The notes beneath the pieces are model-generated. The model was given only the letters and a program-made list of their open reading frames with translations. It ran no database searches and was not told where the DNA came from. DNA of 64,000 nt from Phycisphaerae bacterium (lineage in GTDB: Bacteria; Planctomycetota; Phycisphaerae; UBA1845). The DNA lies in contig JAJVHU010000010.1 of NCBI GenBank assembly GCA_022072505.1, positions 174,170-238,169 on the forward strand. The letters run 5' to 3'. Positions 44,291-53,685 of this stretch are shown here, piece after piece. The first letter of the stretch is position 1. The number at the start of each line of letters is the position of its first letter. The translations under genes and the position numbers were made by a program.

Positions 44291-45177
44291 AACCGCTCAA
44301 GCAACTGCTTACACGCTTTCACGCCGGCAAGTTCATCCGTCGGACCTTCGTACTCGATGCCGACGTAACCGCGGTATCCGGCGTCGAGGACGATCTTCAT
44401 CATCCGGGCGAAGTCGATCGTTGTCTCGTCGCCGGCGTCGTTGAAGGCGTAGCACTTGGCGCTGACCGCCTTGGCCGCGGGCATCAGCTTGCGGATCGAC
44501 TCGTATTTGTCAGCCTCCTTCGGGAAGTTGCCGAAGTCGGGCAGCGTGCCGAAGTTGGGCTTGCCGACCGCGGCGACGACCCTCATCAGCGAACCCGCGT
44601 CGGACGAGAGCCCGCCGTGGTTCTCGATGATGACGTTGAGTTTGTCGGCGGCGGCGAGGTCCGCCAGTTCGGCGAAGCTCTCGGCCCCGCGACGGATCGC
44701 CTCCGCGTCGCCGGGCGCGGCGTTCCCGAAGTTGCAGCGGATCGAGTGACAACCGAGCAGGGCCGCGGCGTCCAGCCACTTCCGGTGATTGCGGACCGCC
44801 TGTTTGCGCACCGCCGGGTCCGCGTGGCCCATGTCGCCCTCGGAGTCGCACATGATGAGGAGAATCTTCACCCCGTGATCGGCGGCGCGTTTGCGCAGAT
44901 CATTGCAGTAGTCGAACGTCGGGGCGGGGAAGAAGTTGTTGACGAGTTCAAGGCCGTCCAGTTCGAATTCCTCGCGCGTCAGCTTCGGCAGGTCGATCTG
45001 CTTGAGCTTGCCGTCAAAAAAAAGGCGATGCACGGACCACGCCGCCAGTGAGATCGAGAATTTCCTCGAGGCGCCGGACTCCTGCGCCGCGGACTCGGCC
45101 GTCAGCGCTCCGCCGACCGCCGCGACCCCCGCCAGACCCGCCGTATCCCGCAGAAACTGTCGTCGCGTCGTGTTCAT
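44284..45177 (-). CDS. Xylose-isomerase-like TIM-barrel sugar phosphate isomerase/epimerase with Tat signal
   Basis: Tat motif TRRQFLRDTAGLAGVAAV. Motifs HSIRCNFG and NVIIENHGG. Confidence 0.8.
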   Translation of the reverse strand: MNTTRRQFLRDTAGLAGVAAVGGALTAESAAQESGASRKFSISLAAWSVHRLFFDGKLKQIDLPKLTREEFELDGLELVNNFFPAPTFDYCNDLRKRAADHGVKILLIMCDSEGDMGHADPAVRKQAVRNHRKWLDAAALLGCHSIRCNFGNAAPGDAEAIRRGAESFAELADLAAADKLNVIIENHGGLSSDAGSLMRVVAAVGKPNFGTLPDFGNFPKEADKYESIRKLMPAAKAVSAKCYAFNDAGDETTIDFARMMKIVLDAGYRGYVGIEYEGPTDELAGVKACKQLLERFQ

Positions 45178-45233
45178 GCGGACATCTTACGGGAGGCTGG
45201 AGATTCTGAGCAACCCAGCACCGGCTTCAGCGC

Positions 45234-45596
45234 TCAGATCAAATCGACAATTCGAACCCGTATCCGACCGGGTTCCACGGTGATAATGGCGCGGTCCGCC
45301 AGGTCATCGGCAAACCGCTGAATCACCTCGATGATGGCCGGCGCCTGCGAGGTCGCGGCGACATCGACAAGCCGGATGATTCCGCAATGCTGTCGCCCGT
45401 GATGGATTGCAAGCAGGCCGAAGTCCTTGTCAAGCGTGATCAGGACGCGCTGCTGCTCTGCGGCGACGCGCAGGATTTCCTCGTCTCCCGGATCCTTTGG
45501 CCAGTCGCCAACCCACTCGACATCGAATCCGGCTTCCCTCAGCGGCTCCTTCGCCTTCCCCCAGACACAGGTGTCAAGGAGAAGTTTCGTCTTCAC
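45234..45596 (-). CDS. DUF5615 (PIN-like/Mut7-C-like) toxin candidate
   Basis: VKTKLLLDTCV...PLREAGFDVEWV...DEEILRVAAEQQRVLITLDKDFGLLA...CGIIRLV. GTGA overlap with the upstream DUF433 gene. Confidence 0.7.
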   Translation of the reverse strand: MKTKLLLDTCVWGKAKEPLREAGFDVEWVGDWPKDPGDEEILRVAAEQQRVLITLDKDFGLLAIHHGRQHCGIIRLVDVAATSQAPAIIEVIQRFADDLADRAIITVEPGRIRVRIVDLI

Positions 45597-45856
45597 GCCT
45601 TGTCTCCGTTCGGGGCAGAGATCGGCGCGTCGAGCCGCTCCTGGGCGACCAGGCGGCGCGCGTACAAGATGCAGGCGCGAACGTCTTCCGGCTCCAGCCA
45701 CGGATATCCCGACAGAATGACCTCCGGCGTGTCGCCCGCCGCCAGCATCCCCAGGACATGCTCCACGGCCAGGCGACGCCCGCGGATGATGGCCTTTCCG
45801 CCGAAGATGGCTGGATTGAATGTGATGCGCGACAGCATTTCGGTTTCGGTCGCCAC
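45593..45856 (-). CDS. DUF433 antitoxin candidate
   Basis: FGGKAIIRGRRLAVEHVLGMLAAGDTPEVILSGYPWLEPEDVRACILYA. Confidence 0.75.
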   Translation of the reverse strand: MATETEMLSRITFNPAIFGGKAIIRGRRLAVEHVLGMLAAGDTPEVILSGYPWLEPEDVRACILYARRLVAQERLDAPISAPNGDKA

Positions 45857-45928
45857 GATGATCTCCCGTTGCTTCAGCGCCAGGGCCGGAGGCGATCGTC
45901 CCCCCGACCTATTGTACGCACGGCAACG

Positions 45929-47164
45929 CTAACGAAACAAATCCGGGTACACGCCCTTGAGCGTCTCGTTCGCCTTTGCGTTCCGGCGGAGGACGTCCAC
46001 CATCTCCTCGATGCGGGTGAAGAGGCGGCGCGGTTGGCGCGGTTTGCATCGCGTCAGGACGTACTGGGCGATCATCGGGAACGTGATCGACGCGCAGGAG
46101 TAGACGACGACGTTGTTCTTGTGCGCGTCCTTGACCTTGCCCCAGCTTTTCGACTCGGCCGCGGTCGCTCCGGACAGCCCGCCCCAGTGCGGCGCGTCGA
46201 CGCTGAGCTGGATGAAGTAGTCGTGCCCGCCCTTCGTGGTGTCGTAGAGAATCTGGTGCAGCGTCGGCTGGGTCTGCATGTAAAAGTTCTTCGGCGAGCC
46301 GCCGCCGATCTCGATGACGCCGTTGTGATCGGCGTCGCGGACGATCGCGGCGGTTTCGATGACGTCGAGGATCGGATTGAGGTTGACCGGTCGGCCGAAA
46401 AGGTGCGGGACGATGAGATTCATGCCGATCGAGGAGTCGCCCGGCGAGGAGGTGTACACCGGCACGTCGAACTTCGCCGCCTGCGCGACGAAGGATTTTT
46501 CCGGATGCGGCGCGAGCCTGAGCACCTCCCGGCCGAGGGCGTGATGCAGCCTGGCGGTCGAGAAGGGCGTGGCGGTGTCGAAGCGCGAGGCGACGTCCAC
46601 GATGATGCGGTCGGTGGCCAGCAGCGTGTCTTCTCCGGCGATGAAGATGTCGTAAATGCGGACGACGTCCTTCTCGTTCAGGTCGTTGTCGTCAACGTCC
46701 GGGCTGCCCTGCACGACCGGCATGTCGAAGGGGCGGTGCAGATCGTGATAGAGGTTCGCCCCGGTCGAGATGAAGAAATCCACGAAACCGCGCTCGATCA
46801 GAGCGTTGAACACGCCGCTCATGCCGATCGGGGTCATCGCCCCGCTGACGGTGATGGCGATCGTCGCGTTGTCCTCGATCATGCGGCGGAAGGTCTGCGC
46901 CGCGTCCGCCAGCCGCCTCGCGTTGAACCCGCTGCCGGCGTAGACGTGGTCGATCATGTCCGCGGCGGACTCGTTCCCCGGAAGCGCAAGCGGTTCGATC
47001 GTCCGCCCGCTCATGTACGCGTCGTGCGCGGACGCGCCGCTTTCCGCGGCGTCGGACGCGCGGTTCGCGCCGTCCGGCTGAGCGGGCTTTCCAGGACAAT
47101 GACCGGGTCGATGAGGATGATGGGTGTTCATCTGGTTTTCCGAAAGCGAACGTTCATTCGTCAA
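45929..47164 (-). CDS. Deoxyhypusine synthase family protein (bacterial DHS/homospermidine-synthase-like)
   Basis: TIAITVSGAMTPIGMSG...FISTGANLYHDLH...IEIGGGSPKNF. Start uncertain; internal ATGs at 47131 and 47014 are alternatives. Confidence 0.75.
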   Translation of the reverse strand: MTNERSLSENQMNTHHPHRPGHCPGKPAQPDGANRASDAAESGASAHDAYMSGRTIEPLALPGNESAADMIDHVYAGSGFNARRLADAAQTFRRMIEDNATIAITVSGAMTPIGMSGVFNALIERGFVDFFISTGANLYHDLHRPFDMPVVQGSPDVDDNDLNEKDVVRIYDIFIAGEDTLLATDRIIVDVASRFDTATPFSTARLHHALGREVLRLAPHPEKSFVAQAAKFDVPVYTSSPGDSSIGMNLIVPHLFGRPVNLNPILDVIETAAIVRDADHNGVIEIGGGSPKNFYMQTQPTLHQILYDTTKGGHDYFIQLSVDAPHWGGLSGATAAESKSWGKVKDAHKNNVVVYSCASITFPMIAQYVLTRCKPRQPRRLFTRIEEMVDVLRRNAKANETLKGVYPDLFR

Positions 47165-47336
47165 GTCACGTGTGTCATCGCGGGTGGACGCCGATGCTCG
47201 TCCTCACGGACGCAGGCGCCCCTGAGGGCGGATTATAACGGCGGGGCGACAACCGTCAGCGGTCGGCGACGGCGGGTTGGGGTCGGGGGCGGAGGCGCCT
47301 ATAATCCGGCGGCGGGAGCGTGCTTCCGACGCAGCG

Positions 47337-47537
47337 ATGTTCATCAGGATTAACGGCAAAGAAGAAGCGATTCCGCCGGACTTGACCGTTGCGGACCTGA
47401 TCGCGGCCCGCGGCTTGGCGCCGGTGCGCGTCGCCGTCGAGATCAATGAGAATCTTGTTCCTCGCCGCGATTACGGCGCGGTCCGGCTTGCGGAGGGCGA
47501 CGTGGTGGAGATCGTGACGTTCGTCGGGGGCGGGTGA
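47337..47537 (+). CDS. thiS: Sulfur-carrier protein ThiS
   Basis: 66 aa, MFIRINGKEEAIPPDLTVADLI...VAVEINENLVPR...DVVEIVTFVGGG, ending in the C-terminal Gly-Gly. Confidence 0.88.
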   Translation: MFIRINGKEEAIPPDLTVADLIAARGLAPVRVAVEINENLVPRRDYGAVRLAEGDVVEIVTFVGGG

Positions 47538-47775
47538 GGGGAACATGAGGAATTTAGGAATGCAGAATTCAGAATGAAGGATGCGAAATGCGGAACGATC
47601 AAGGAGGCGACGCGGTCGAAGGTCGTTACGACGCGGATTCCCACAACCGAGTCGCGCCCGTAAGGAAGCGTTCCTTATTGGTGCCGCTCTGAAAATCATG
47701 ATCCCGTGTCCGGGACATGCGGCAACCTGGTGCGGCATCCCGCCCAAGACGGAGCAGGAAAGGATTTGATCGACT

Positions 47776-48612
47776 TTGAACGCCACGTCCGTGCAGCCTG
47801 ACGCCTACCGCATCGCGGGGTTCACGTTCCGCTCGCGCCTTTTCGTGGGCACGGGCAAATACGCGAACTTCGACCTCATGCGCGCGGCGATCGACGCCTC
47901 CGGCTGCGAGGTCGTCACCGTCGCCGTCCGCCGAGACGTGCTCGCCGACGACGGCGCCCCGCGCGCGGACAGCATCCTCGATCATCTCGACGGGCGGCGG
48001 ATCACGATCCTGCCGAACACCGCCGGATGCTTCAACGTCAAAGACGCGGTGCGCTCCGCCCGGCTGAGCCGCGACCTGCTCGAGGGGATGAACAATCCCG
48101 GCGCGGCGTGGGTCAAACTGGAAGTGCTCGCGGATACGAAGACGCTTCTGCCCGACCCGATCGGCACCCTGGAAGCCACGAAGACGCTCGTCGGCGAGGG
48201 GCTGAAGGTGCTCGCGTACACGACGGACGATCCGATCATCGCCGCGCGTCTCAAGGAGGCCGGCGCCGCCAGCGTCATGCCCCTCGGCGCCCCGATCGGC
48301 AGCGGGCTGGGGATTCTCAACCCGAACAACATCCGTCTCTGCCTCGAATACCTCAAGACGGGCGACGCGGAATACCCGGTCATTGTGGACGCGGGCGTCG
48401 GCACGGCGAGCGACGTGACGGTCGCGATGGAGCTGGGCGCGGACGGCGTCCTGCTGAACACGGGGATCGCCGGCGCGAAAGACCCGGTGAGGATGGCGCG
48501 GGCGATGGCGCTGGCGTGCGAGTCGGGACGCTTCGCGTCTCTCGCGGGCCGCATCCCGAAAAAGGCCTACGCGACGGCGTCTTCGCCCTGGGAAGGCGTG
48601 ATCGGCCGGTAG
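47776..48612 (+). CDS. thiG: Thiazole synthase ThiG
   Basis: [14 protein letters not shown]..., [34 protein letters not shown]. Confidence 0.92.
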   Translation: MNATSVQPDAYRIAGFTFRSRLFVGTGKYANFDLMRAAIDASGCEVVTVAVRRDVLADDGAPRADSILDHLDGRRITILPNTAGCFNVKDAVRSARLSRDLLEGMNNPGAAWVKLEVLADTKTLLPDPIGTLEATKTLVGEGLKVLAYTTDDPIIAARLKEAGAASVMPLGAPIGSGLGILNPNNIRLCLEYLKTGDAEYPVIVDAGVGTASDVTVAMELGADGVLLNTGIAGAKDPVRMARAMALACESGRFASLAGRIPKKAYATASSPWEGVIGR

Positions 48613-48615
48613 CCG

Positions 48616-49845
48616 TCAGCGCCGCGCTCCGAGTTCGGCGGCGAGGCGCAGAAACCCCGCCGCGTCCGCCTCCGACATTTCGATCCCGCGCCGCGACATC
48701 ATTTTTCGCGCGATGTCGAGCAGCTTCCGAGGGTCTCCGGCGCGCATTCCGTCGCCCGTCAGCCACGAAAAGGGCGGCACGTACGACGGCAGCAGGCCTC
48801 CCGTCGCCGCCACCGCCGCAAAGTCCAACACCGCGCCGGTCGGCAGCAGCGTGCCGATGCCCGTCTTGACGTGATCGGCGATCACCGCGCCGAAGAACAT
48901 CTGACCGGTGTCGATCTCGTCGCCGCTGCGCCGGACACGCACCGTGCCGTAAGTGTTCTTCAGGTCCGAGTTGGTCGTCCCCGCGCCGAGATTGACCCAG
49001 CTCCCGATCCAGGAATGACCGAGAAAGCCCGCGTGCTGCTTGTTCGAGAATCCCTGGAAGATGCACCCGTCGATCTCGCCGCCCAGCTTGCACACCGGTC
49101 CGACCGCATTCGCGCCGTGAAGCCACGTGTGAGGATTGATGCGCGACCCGCGCCCGATGTAAGCCGGACCTTCAAGGATCGCGTAAGCGCCGACACGGAC
49201 GCCGCGCTCGATCAGGATCGGTCCGTCGGTCGCGTCCAACGTACACGGCCCCTGAAACGCGCAGTCCGCCGCGATGTGCGTCCGCGCCGGCTTCACGATC
49301 GTCACGCCGCGGCGCGAACGCGCGGTCGGCCTGCGTCGGCTGAAGGACAGCGCCTCAACCAGATCGTTTTTCAGCGAGGCGATCATATCCCACGGATGTC
49401 GGATCATGCGCCCGGCGGCTTCGATCCGGGGAAGATGCGCGACGGCGTGCATCAACGCCTCTCCCCGCCCTTCCGCGACGATCGTCTCGAACTCCGATGC
49501 GGCGCGGTCGTCCAACCGGGCGTGCGCCAGTTCGCCGTCACGGTGCGCGACGTGCGCGTCACGCGGCAGGGCGACGCGCCCGTCAGGCCGCCACCGGGCG
49601 TTGATGACCAGATCGCCGGCGCGCGTCCGCGGATTGATCGGCCGGAGATCGCGCGTCGCCGTCGCGTCCGCCAGCGCCAACCGGACGCACACCCCCGTCG
49701 CCCGGACTTGAAGCAGGCGTTCGAGTCGCTCGAGAACCGTCTCCGGTCCGACGCGGATTTCGTGAACGGCGCGGGCCCGGGTCAGCGGCGACAGCGCCTC
49801 CGCCCCCCTGTCCTCGAACACGATGCAACCTGACGCTTTCTTCAC
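48616..49845 (-). CDS. GlmU-like putative sugar nucleotidyltransferase with a left-handed beta-helix
   Basis: N-terminal IVFEDRGAEALSPLT. C-terminal hexapeptide repeats. An alternative GTG at 49929 would overlap the upstream stop (GTGA). Confidence 0.65.
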   Translation of the reverse strand: MKKASGCIVFEDRGAEALSPLTRARAVHEIRVGPETVLERLERLLQVRATGVCVRLALADATATRDLRPINPRTRAGDLVINARWRPDGRVALPRDAHVAHRDGELAHARLDDRAASEFETIVAEGRGEALMHAVAHLPRIEAAGRMIRHPWDMIASLKNDLVEALSFSRRRPTARSRRGVTIVKPARTHIAADCAFQGPCTLDATDGPILIERGVRVGAYAILEGPAYIGRGSRINPHTWLHGANAVGPVCKLGGEIDGCIFQGFSNKQHAGFLGHSWIGSWVNLGAGTTNSDLKNTYGTVRVRRSGDEIDTGQMFFGAVIADHVKTGIGTLLPTGAVLDFAAVAATGGLLPSYVPPFSWLTGDGMRAGDPRKLLDIARKMMSRRGIEMSEADAAGFLRLAAELGARR

Positions 49846-49925
49846 GCCCGAACCCCCGCGCCCACGAGTCTGTGCCGGCTCACGCGCGCCGCCGTCCCCG
49901 GACACGGCGCGCCGCCCCGCGCCCC

Positions 49926-50705
49926 TCACACTCGGATCACCTGACCGTCGTACGCAAGCTGCTGGTGCGTCGGCAGCGAGGCGTTTGTCTCCGCATGAGG
50001 CAGATCGTGCGCCATGTGCGTAAAATACGCCTGCTCGGCGCCAATCCGGTCCGCCGTCTCCAGCGCCTGCTCCAGCGTGAAATGCGTCGGATGAGGCCTG
50101 CGGCGCAGCGCATCCAGGATCAGCACCCGCACGCCGCGAAGCCGGTCAAAGCCCTCCGGCGGGATGCGGTTGCAATCCGTGCAGTACGCGAACGCCCCGA
50201 ACCGGAACCCCAGCACCGGCATCTCCCCGTGATAGAGCGGAACCGTCGTCACTTCAACGTCCCCGAGGGCGAACGTCGAGCCTTCGATCGGCCTCAGCGA
50301 CAGGTCCGGCTTGCTCGACTGCGTCTGAAGGTGAGGGTCGAACGCATAAGGGAACATCCGCTCGATCCGCTCCAGCGTCCGCGGCATGCCGAAACAGGGC
50401 AGCTCCCGCTTCATCAGCCAGTTGAACCGCCGAAGGTCGTCCAGACCGACGACGTGATCCGCATGATGATGCGTGAAAAGCACGGCGTCCACCGCGTCGA
50501 TCCGGTTCGCCAGGCATTGCAGGCGCAGTTCCGGGCTGGTGTCGATGAGCAAGCGCGCCCCGCGCCATCGCACCACGATGCTGCACCGCGTGCGCCGGTC
50601 GCGCGGGTCGTCCGACGTACACACCGCGCAGGCGCACCCGATCATCGGAACGCCGTGCGACGTCCCGGTTCCCAGCACCACGACTTCAACGTCATCCCGC
50701 CCCAC
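49926..50705 (-). CDS. MBL-fold metallo-hydrolase (PhnP-like)
   Basis: VVVLGTGTSHGVP...CAVC... and the HxHxDH motif FTHHHADHV. Confidence 0.85.
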   Translation of the reverse strand: MGRDDVEVVVLGTGTSHGVPMIGCACAVCTSDDPRDRRTRCSIVVRWRGARLLIDTSPELRLQCLANRIDAVDAVLFTHHHADHVVGLDDLRRFNWLMKRELPCFGMPRTLERIERMFPYAFDPHLQTQSSKPDLSLRPIEGSTFALGDVEVTTVPLYHGEMPVLGFRFGAFAYCTDCNRIPPEGFDRLRGVRVLILDALRRRPHPTHFTLEQALETADRIGAEQAYFTHMAHDLPHAETNASLPTHQQLAYDGQVIRV

Positions 50706-50752
50706 GTCGCATCCCTGGACCCGGCGCCGCTGCTTCGCCCGCGCCGATCAGA

Positions 50753-52312
50753 TCAGACCCCGGCGTCCTTAAGAAACCGCTGAAACTCCGGATCCCGCAC
50801 CAGCACCTCGCGCCCCACCCGGATCAACTCGTCCACGTCCCACGGCGGCAGACTCAGCCGCGTCGGCATGTTCAGGCACCGCTCGCGCTGCAGGTCATCC
50901 TCGATCGCCTGAAAATGCACGTGCGCCACGTAGGCGTCCGTCGGCGGCAGCAGAAACTCCGCCGGCGGCGCTGCGTCCGGACACGCCCCCTGAAACGCCT
51001 CGAGGCAGCGCGCGTACGCCTCGCGCATCTCCGCCGACCCCGACACCAGCAGACGCGCCATCCGCACCAGCGTCTCGTTGTGATTCTCGATGCCGGTGAC
51101 CGCCGTCTTGTACCCGATCGTCAGCAGCCCCGGCGACGCCGCCTGGCGCTCGATCGCCTCCTTCGGACGATGCCCGGCGTCCACCACGATGATCAGCAGG
51201 CGACGGATCCGCCCCTCCTGAATGCGCCGGCGGATGTAACCGTGCTGGTATTCCTGAATCACGTGCGTCAGACCGAGATTGTCGCACAACCCGCCGTCCA
51301 CGACGTAACAGAAACGGTGATCAGACTCGTCCAACTCGCAGCGCACGCCGTCCGGCGTCGCCCGAAACCGCGTGATCGACTTCGCCCACGCCTGACGCCG
51401 CGCGTCCGCGAGGCGGGCTTCCGGCGAGTTCACCAGCTCCGACAGCACGTCGCACCCCTCCGCCTGCGGAAAATACCGCAGACGCATCGGGCTGAACACG
51501 ATCGGAAACGCCGACGACGCCGCCACCGCGTAGCCCAGCGGCAACGCCCCCAGATCTGAACCCAGCACGTCGAAATCCGCCTGCGTGAACTCGAACCCGC
51601 GCCCCAGCGCCAGGTTCGTCGCGTTGATCACCAGGTAAGGCCGCGAACCGCGCTCCAGCAGATTCCGGTAACGGACTTCGTCGAACACGCGACGGTCGTA
51701 GTAATCCGCCGCCACGTCCACCGTGTCCAGCAGGATGAAAGGCAGCAGAAAAAAGTTGCGCGGCGCCAGCAGGTGCCCGATCAGTCCGCTCTCAAGGTCG
51801 CGCTGCAGGACACGCTGCTCGTAACGCCCGTCGAACATGGCGTCCCCCCACGTCCCGAACGCCGCCGACGTGAACGAGCCCCCCGAGACGCTGGAGATGA
51901 CGTCGACGTCGTCCAGCAGGCGGCGCGGCGCGCAGGCGTCATTGCCGACATGCACCAGCGTCGCCGCCAGTTCCTGCATCACGCCGTAAGACAGCGCCGC
52001 CGCCCGCAGCCCCCCGCCGGAAAACGTCAGGCATACGAAAAGCTCGTCGCCGTTGTCCCCCGTGTCCGCGGCCAGCGCGTCGAAGCGGTAGCCCGCCGTC
52101 GGGTCGGCCAGCTCAAGACGGGAGTTGTGATACGCCGGCGCGATGCAGCCGGATGCTCCACCCGCCGCGATCAGCAGCAGACATCGCGCCCGCGCGAGCC
52201 TCGGGGGCGGCAAAGACTGCGATGCCCGCCGGACGGTTCGGAACGCCTCAGCAAGGTGACGCACGACAGGATGCACGCCGGAGGTTGTAACTTCCCGCCG
52301 TCGGTATTCCAA
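50753..52312 (-). CDS. Patatin-like phospholipase
   Basis: Oxyanion motif FSGGGLRAA. Nucleophile motif SSVSGGS. Catalytic Asp region DGGLCDNLG. Lipoprotein-like N-terminus. Confidence 0.85.
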   Translation of the reverse strand: MEYRRREVTTSGVHPVVRHLAEAFRTVRRASQSLPPPRLARARCLLLIAAGGASGCIAPAYHNSRLELADPTAGYRFDALAADTGDNGDELFVCLTFSGGGLRAAALSYGVMQELAATLVHVGNDACAPRRLLDDVDVISSVSGGSFTSAAFGTWGDAMFDGRYEQRVLQRDLESGLIGHLLAPRNFFLLPFILLDTVDVAADYYDRRVFDEVRYRNLLERGSRPYLVINATNLALGRGFEFTQADFDVLGSDLGALPLGYAVAASSAFPIVFSPMRLRYFPQAEGCDVLSELVNSPEARLADARRQAWAKSITRFRATPDGVRCELDESDHRFCYVVDGGLCDNLGLTHVIQEYQHGYIRRRIQEGRIRRLLIIVVDAGHRPKEAIERQAASPGLLTIGYKTAVTGIENHNETLVRMARLLVSGSAEMREAYARCLEAFQGACPDAAPPAEFLLPPTDAYVAHVHFQAIEDDLQRERCLNMPTRLSLPPWDVDELIRVGREVLVRDPEFQRFLKDAGV

Positions 52313-52365
52313 CTCAGGACGGAACGCGGAAGCGATCAGCCGACGCCCGACGCGCCGCGTCGACG

Positions 52366-53685
52366 TCAGCGGCGGATCAGCGCGGGCTCGATCCAGTTCA
52401 GCCGGTCGCCGATGTCGCCGTTGTCGCCGAAGTCCACGATGAGTTGAAGCTGCGCGGTTGCGGAAGGCTCGCCGGACGCGCCTTCCGCGCCACCCGCTTT
52501 GCGCCCCCCTCGCAACTCGACCCGGACCGGTCCGTAAAGGCGCCCCGGGCGAACGTGATCCTGCGAGTGCCGCACCGCGCCGTCCACGACGATCCGGACG
52601 GACACGTCCCCCTCCGGCGCCGCGCTGTCGTCAATGCCGAACGACGTCACGAAGTTCTCGTAGACGCCGCCGCCCAGATCGAACGTCAACACGGACCGGC
52701 TTTGCACCCCGATCCCCTCCGAATACTCCCGCCCGCCGACGCGCAGTACCCCGCCGACCACGTTGCATCCGCGGCGGTGAGGCCGATCCAGGTTCAGCAT
52801 CGGCACATGCGTGGCGCTGATCGGCTCCAGTTCGTCCAGCGGCTGCCAGCGACCGCCGACAACGCTCACCGACGCGATCCGCCCCGCGTCAAAACGAACT
52901 TCCTCTCCGAACGTCGTCAGCCCCCGCGCCACGCCCTGCTCCAGCATGAACGTTTCCAGCGTCAGCCTTCCTGACGCGCGAAGCTCAGCACGAAAATGAG
53001 GCCGCGGCGCCGGCGCGGGACGTTCTCCCGCCAGCCGGATCCCAAGAAAAACGTCCTTCGCAATGCGCTGCGGACCGGCCGAACCCTCCAGCACGAGCGC
53101 CTCATGATCCAGCCGCGACATGAACCCGCTCACCGAGTCCCCGTTGGACAGCAGCACTACGTCGTCCGTCGCCTCGGATCGCTCCAGCGCCGCGACGCGA
53201 TCCGACAACGCCCCCTCCGTCGCCTCCGGCGTCAGGATCAGACCGATCGCCTCCACCGGAATCCGGATCGGTCCCAGATCCCGCGTGTCCAGCAGGATCG
53301 ACTGCTCGACCGCCTCGGTCAGCCAGCCGCAGACCTCATCCCCGTTCTGCAGCCGGATCCGCCACCCGCGCGCGCGTTCTCCCTCCCCGCCGACGCCGAA
53401 CGCGACGGAGACGATATCCGCCGTCGCGATCGACCGCCTCGTTCCGTCGCCCAGCGCCACCGTCGCCCCCGAGCGAGGATCAAACGAAACGACGCGCGCC
53501 GCCGACAGCTCCCCTTCAACCGTCCGGACGACGGCCGGCGGCGAGCCCGAGACGTCCGCCGATTGCACGATCGCCGTCGCCCTCGGACCGGACATCCACG
53601 CCGCGCACGCCGCACACGCGGCCGCACCGCGAAACCCTCGCGGAAACCCGATCGAACACCGGCCCTTGTTCTTCATCACGTTCAT
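52366..53685 (-). CDS. Secreted NPCBM/NEW2-domain protein
   Basis: C-terminal GGREYSEGIGVQSRSVLTFDLGG.YENFVTSFGIDD...VSVRIVVDG...LQLIVDFGDNGDIGDRLNWIEPALI matches the NPCBM pattern. Confidence 0.6.
   Translation of the reverse strand: MNVMKNKGRCSIGFPRGFRGAAACAACAAWMSGPRATAIVQSADVSGSPPAVVRTVEGELSAARVVSFDPRSGATVALGDGTRRSIATADIVSVAFGVGGEGERARGWRIRLQNGDEVCGWLTEAVEQSILLDTRDLGPIRIPVEAIGLILTPEATEGALSDRVAALERSEATDDVVLLSNGDSVSGFMSRLDHEALVLEGSAGPQRIAKDVFLGIRLAGERPAPAPRPHFRAELRASGRLTLETFMLEQGVARGLTTFGEEVRFDAGRIASVSVVGGRWQPLDELEPISATHVPMLNLDRPHRRGCNVVGGVLRVGGREYSEGIGVQSRSVLTFDLGGGVYENFVTSFGIDDSAAPEGDVSVRIVVDGAVRHSQDHVRPGRLYGPVRVELRGGRKAGGAEGASGEPSATAQLQLIVDFGDNGDIGDRLNWIEPALIRR

Noticed and set aside
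47200-47336. TPP riboswitch upstream of thiS
   Set aside because: CUGAGG and GGAUUAUAACGGCG loosely recall the CUGAGA and GGAUAAUGCCAGCG boxes. They lie only 3 nt apart instead of about 20, and the pyrimidine-sensor helix cannot be drawn. I also noted two TATAA(T/C) boxes (GATTATAAC, CCTATAATC) as possible promoters, but these are unverified.
45497-47353. 618-aa plus-strand ORF across the TA pair and the DHS-like gene
   Set aside because: Antisense to three genes that have recognisable family motifs. Arg/Val/Asp-rich translation without motifs.
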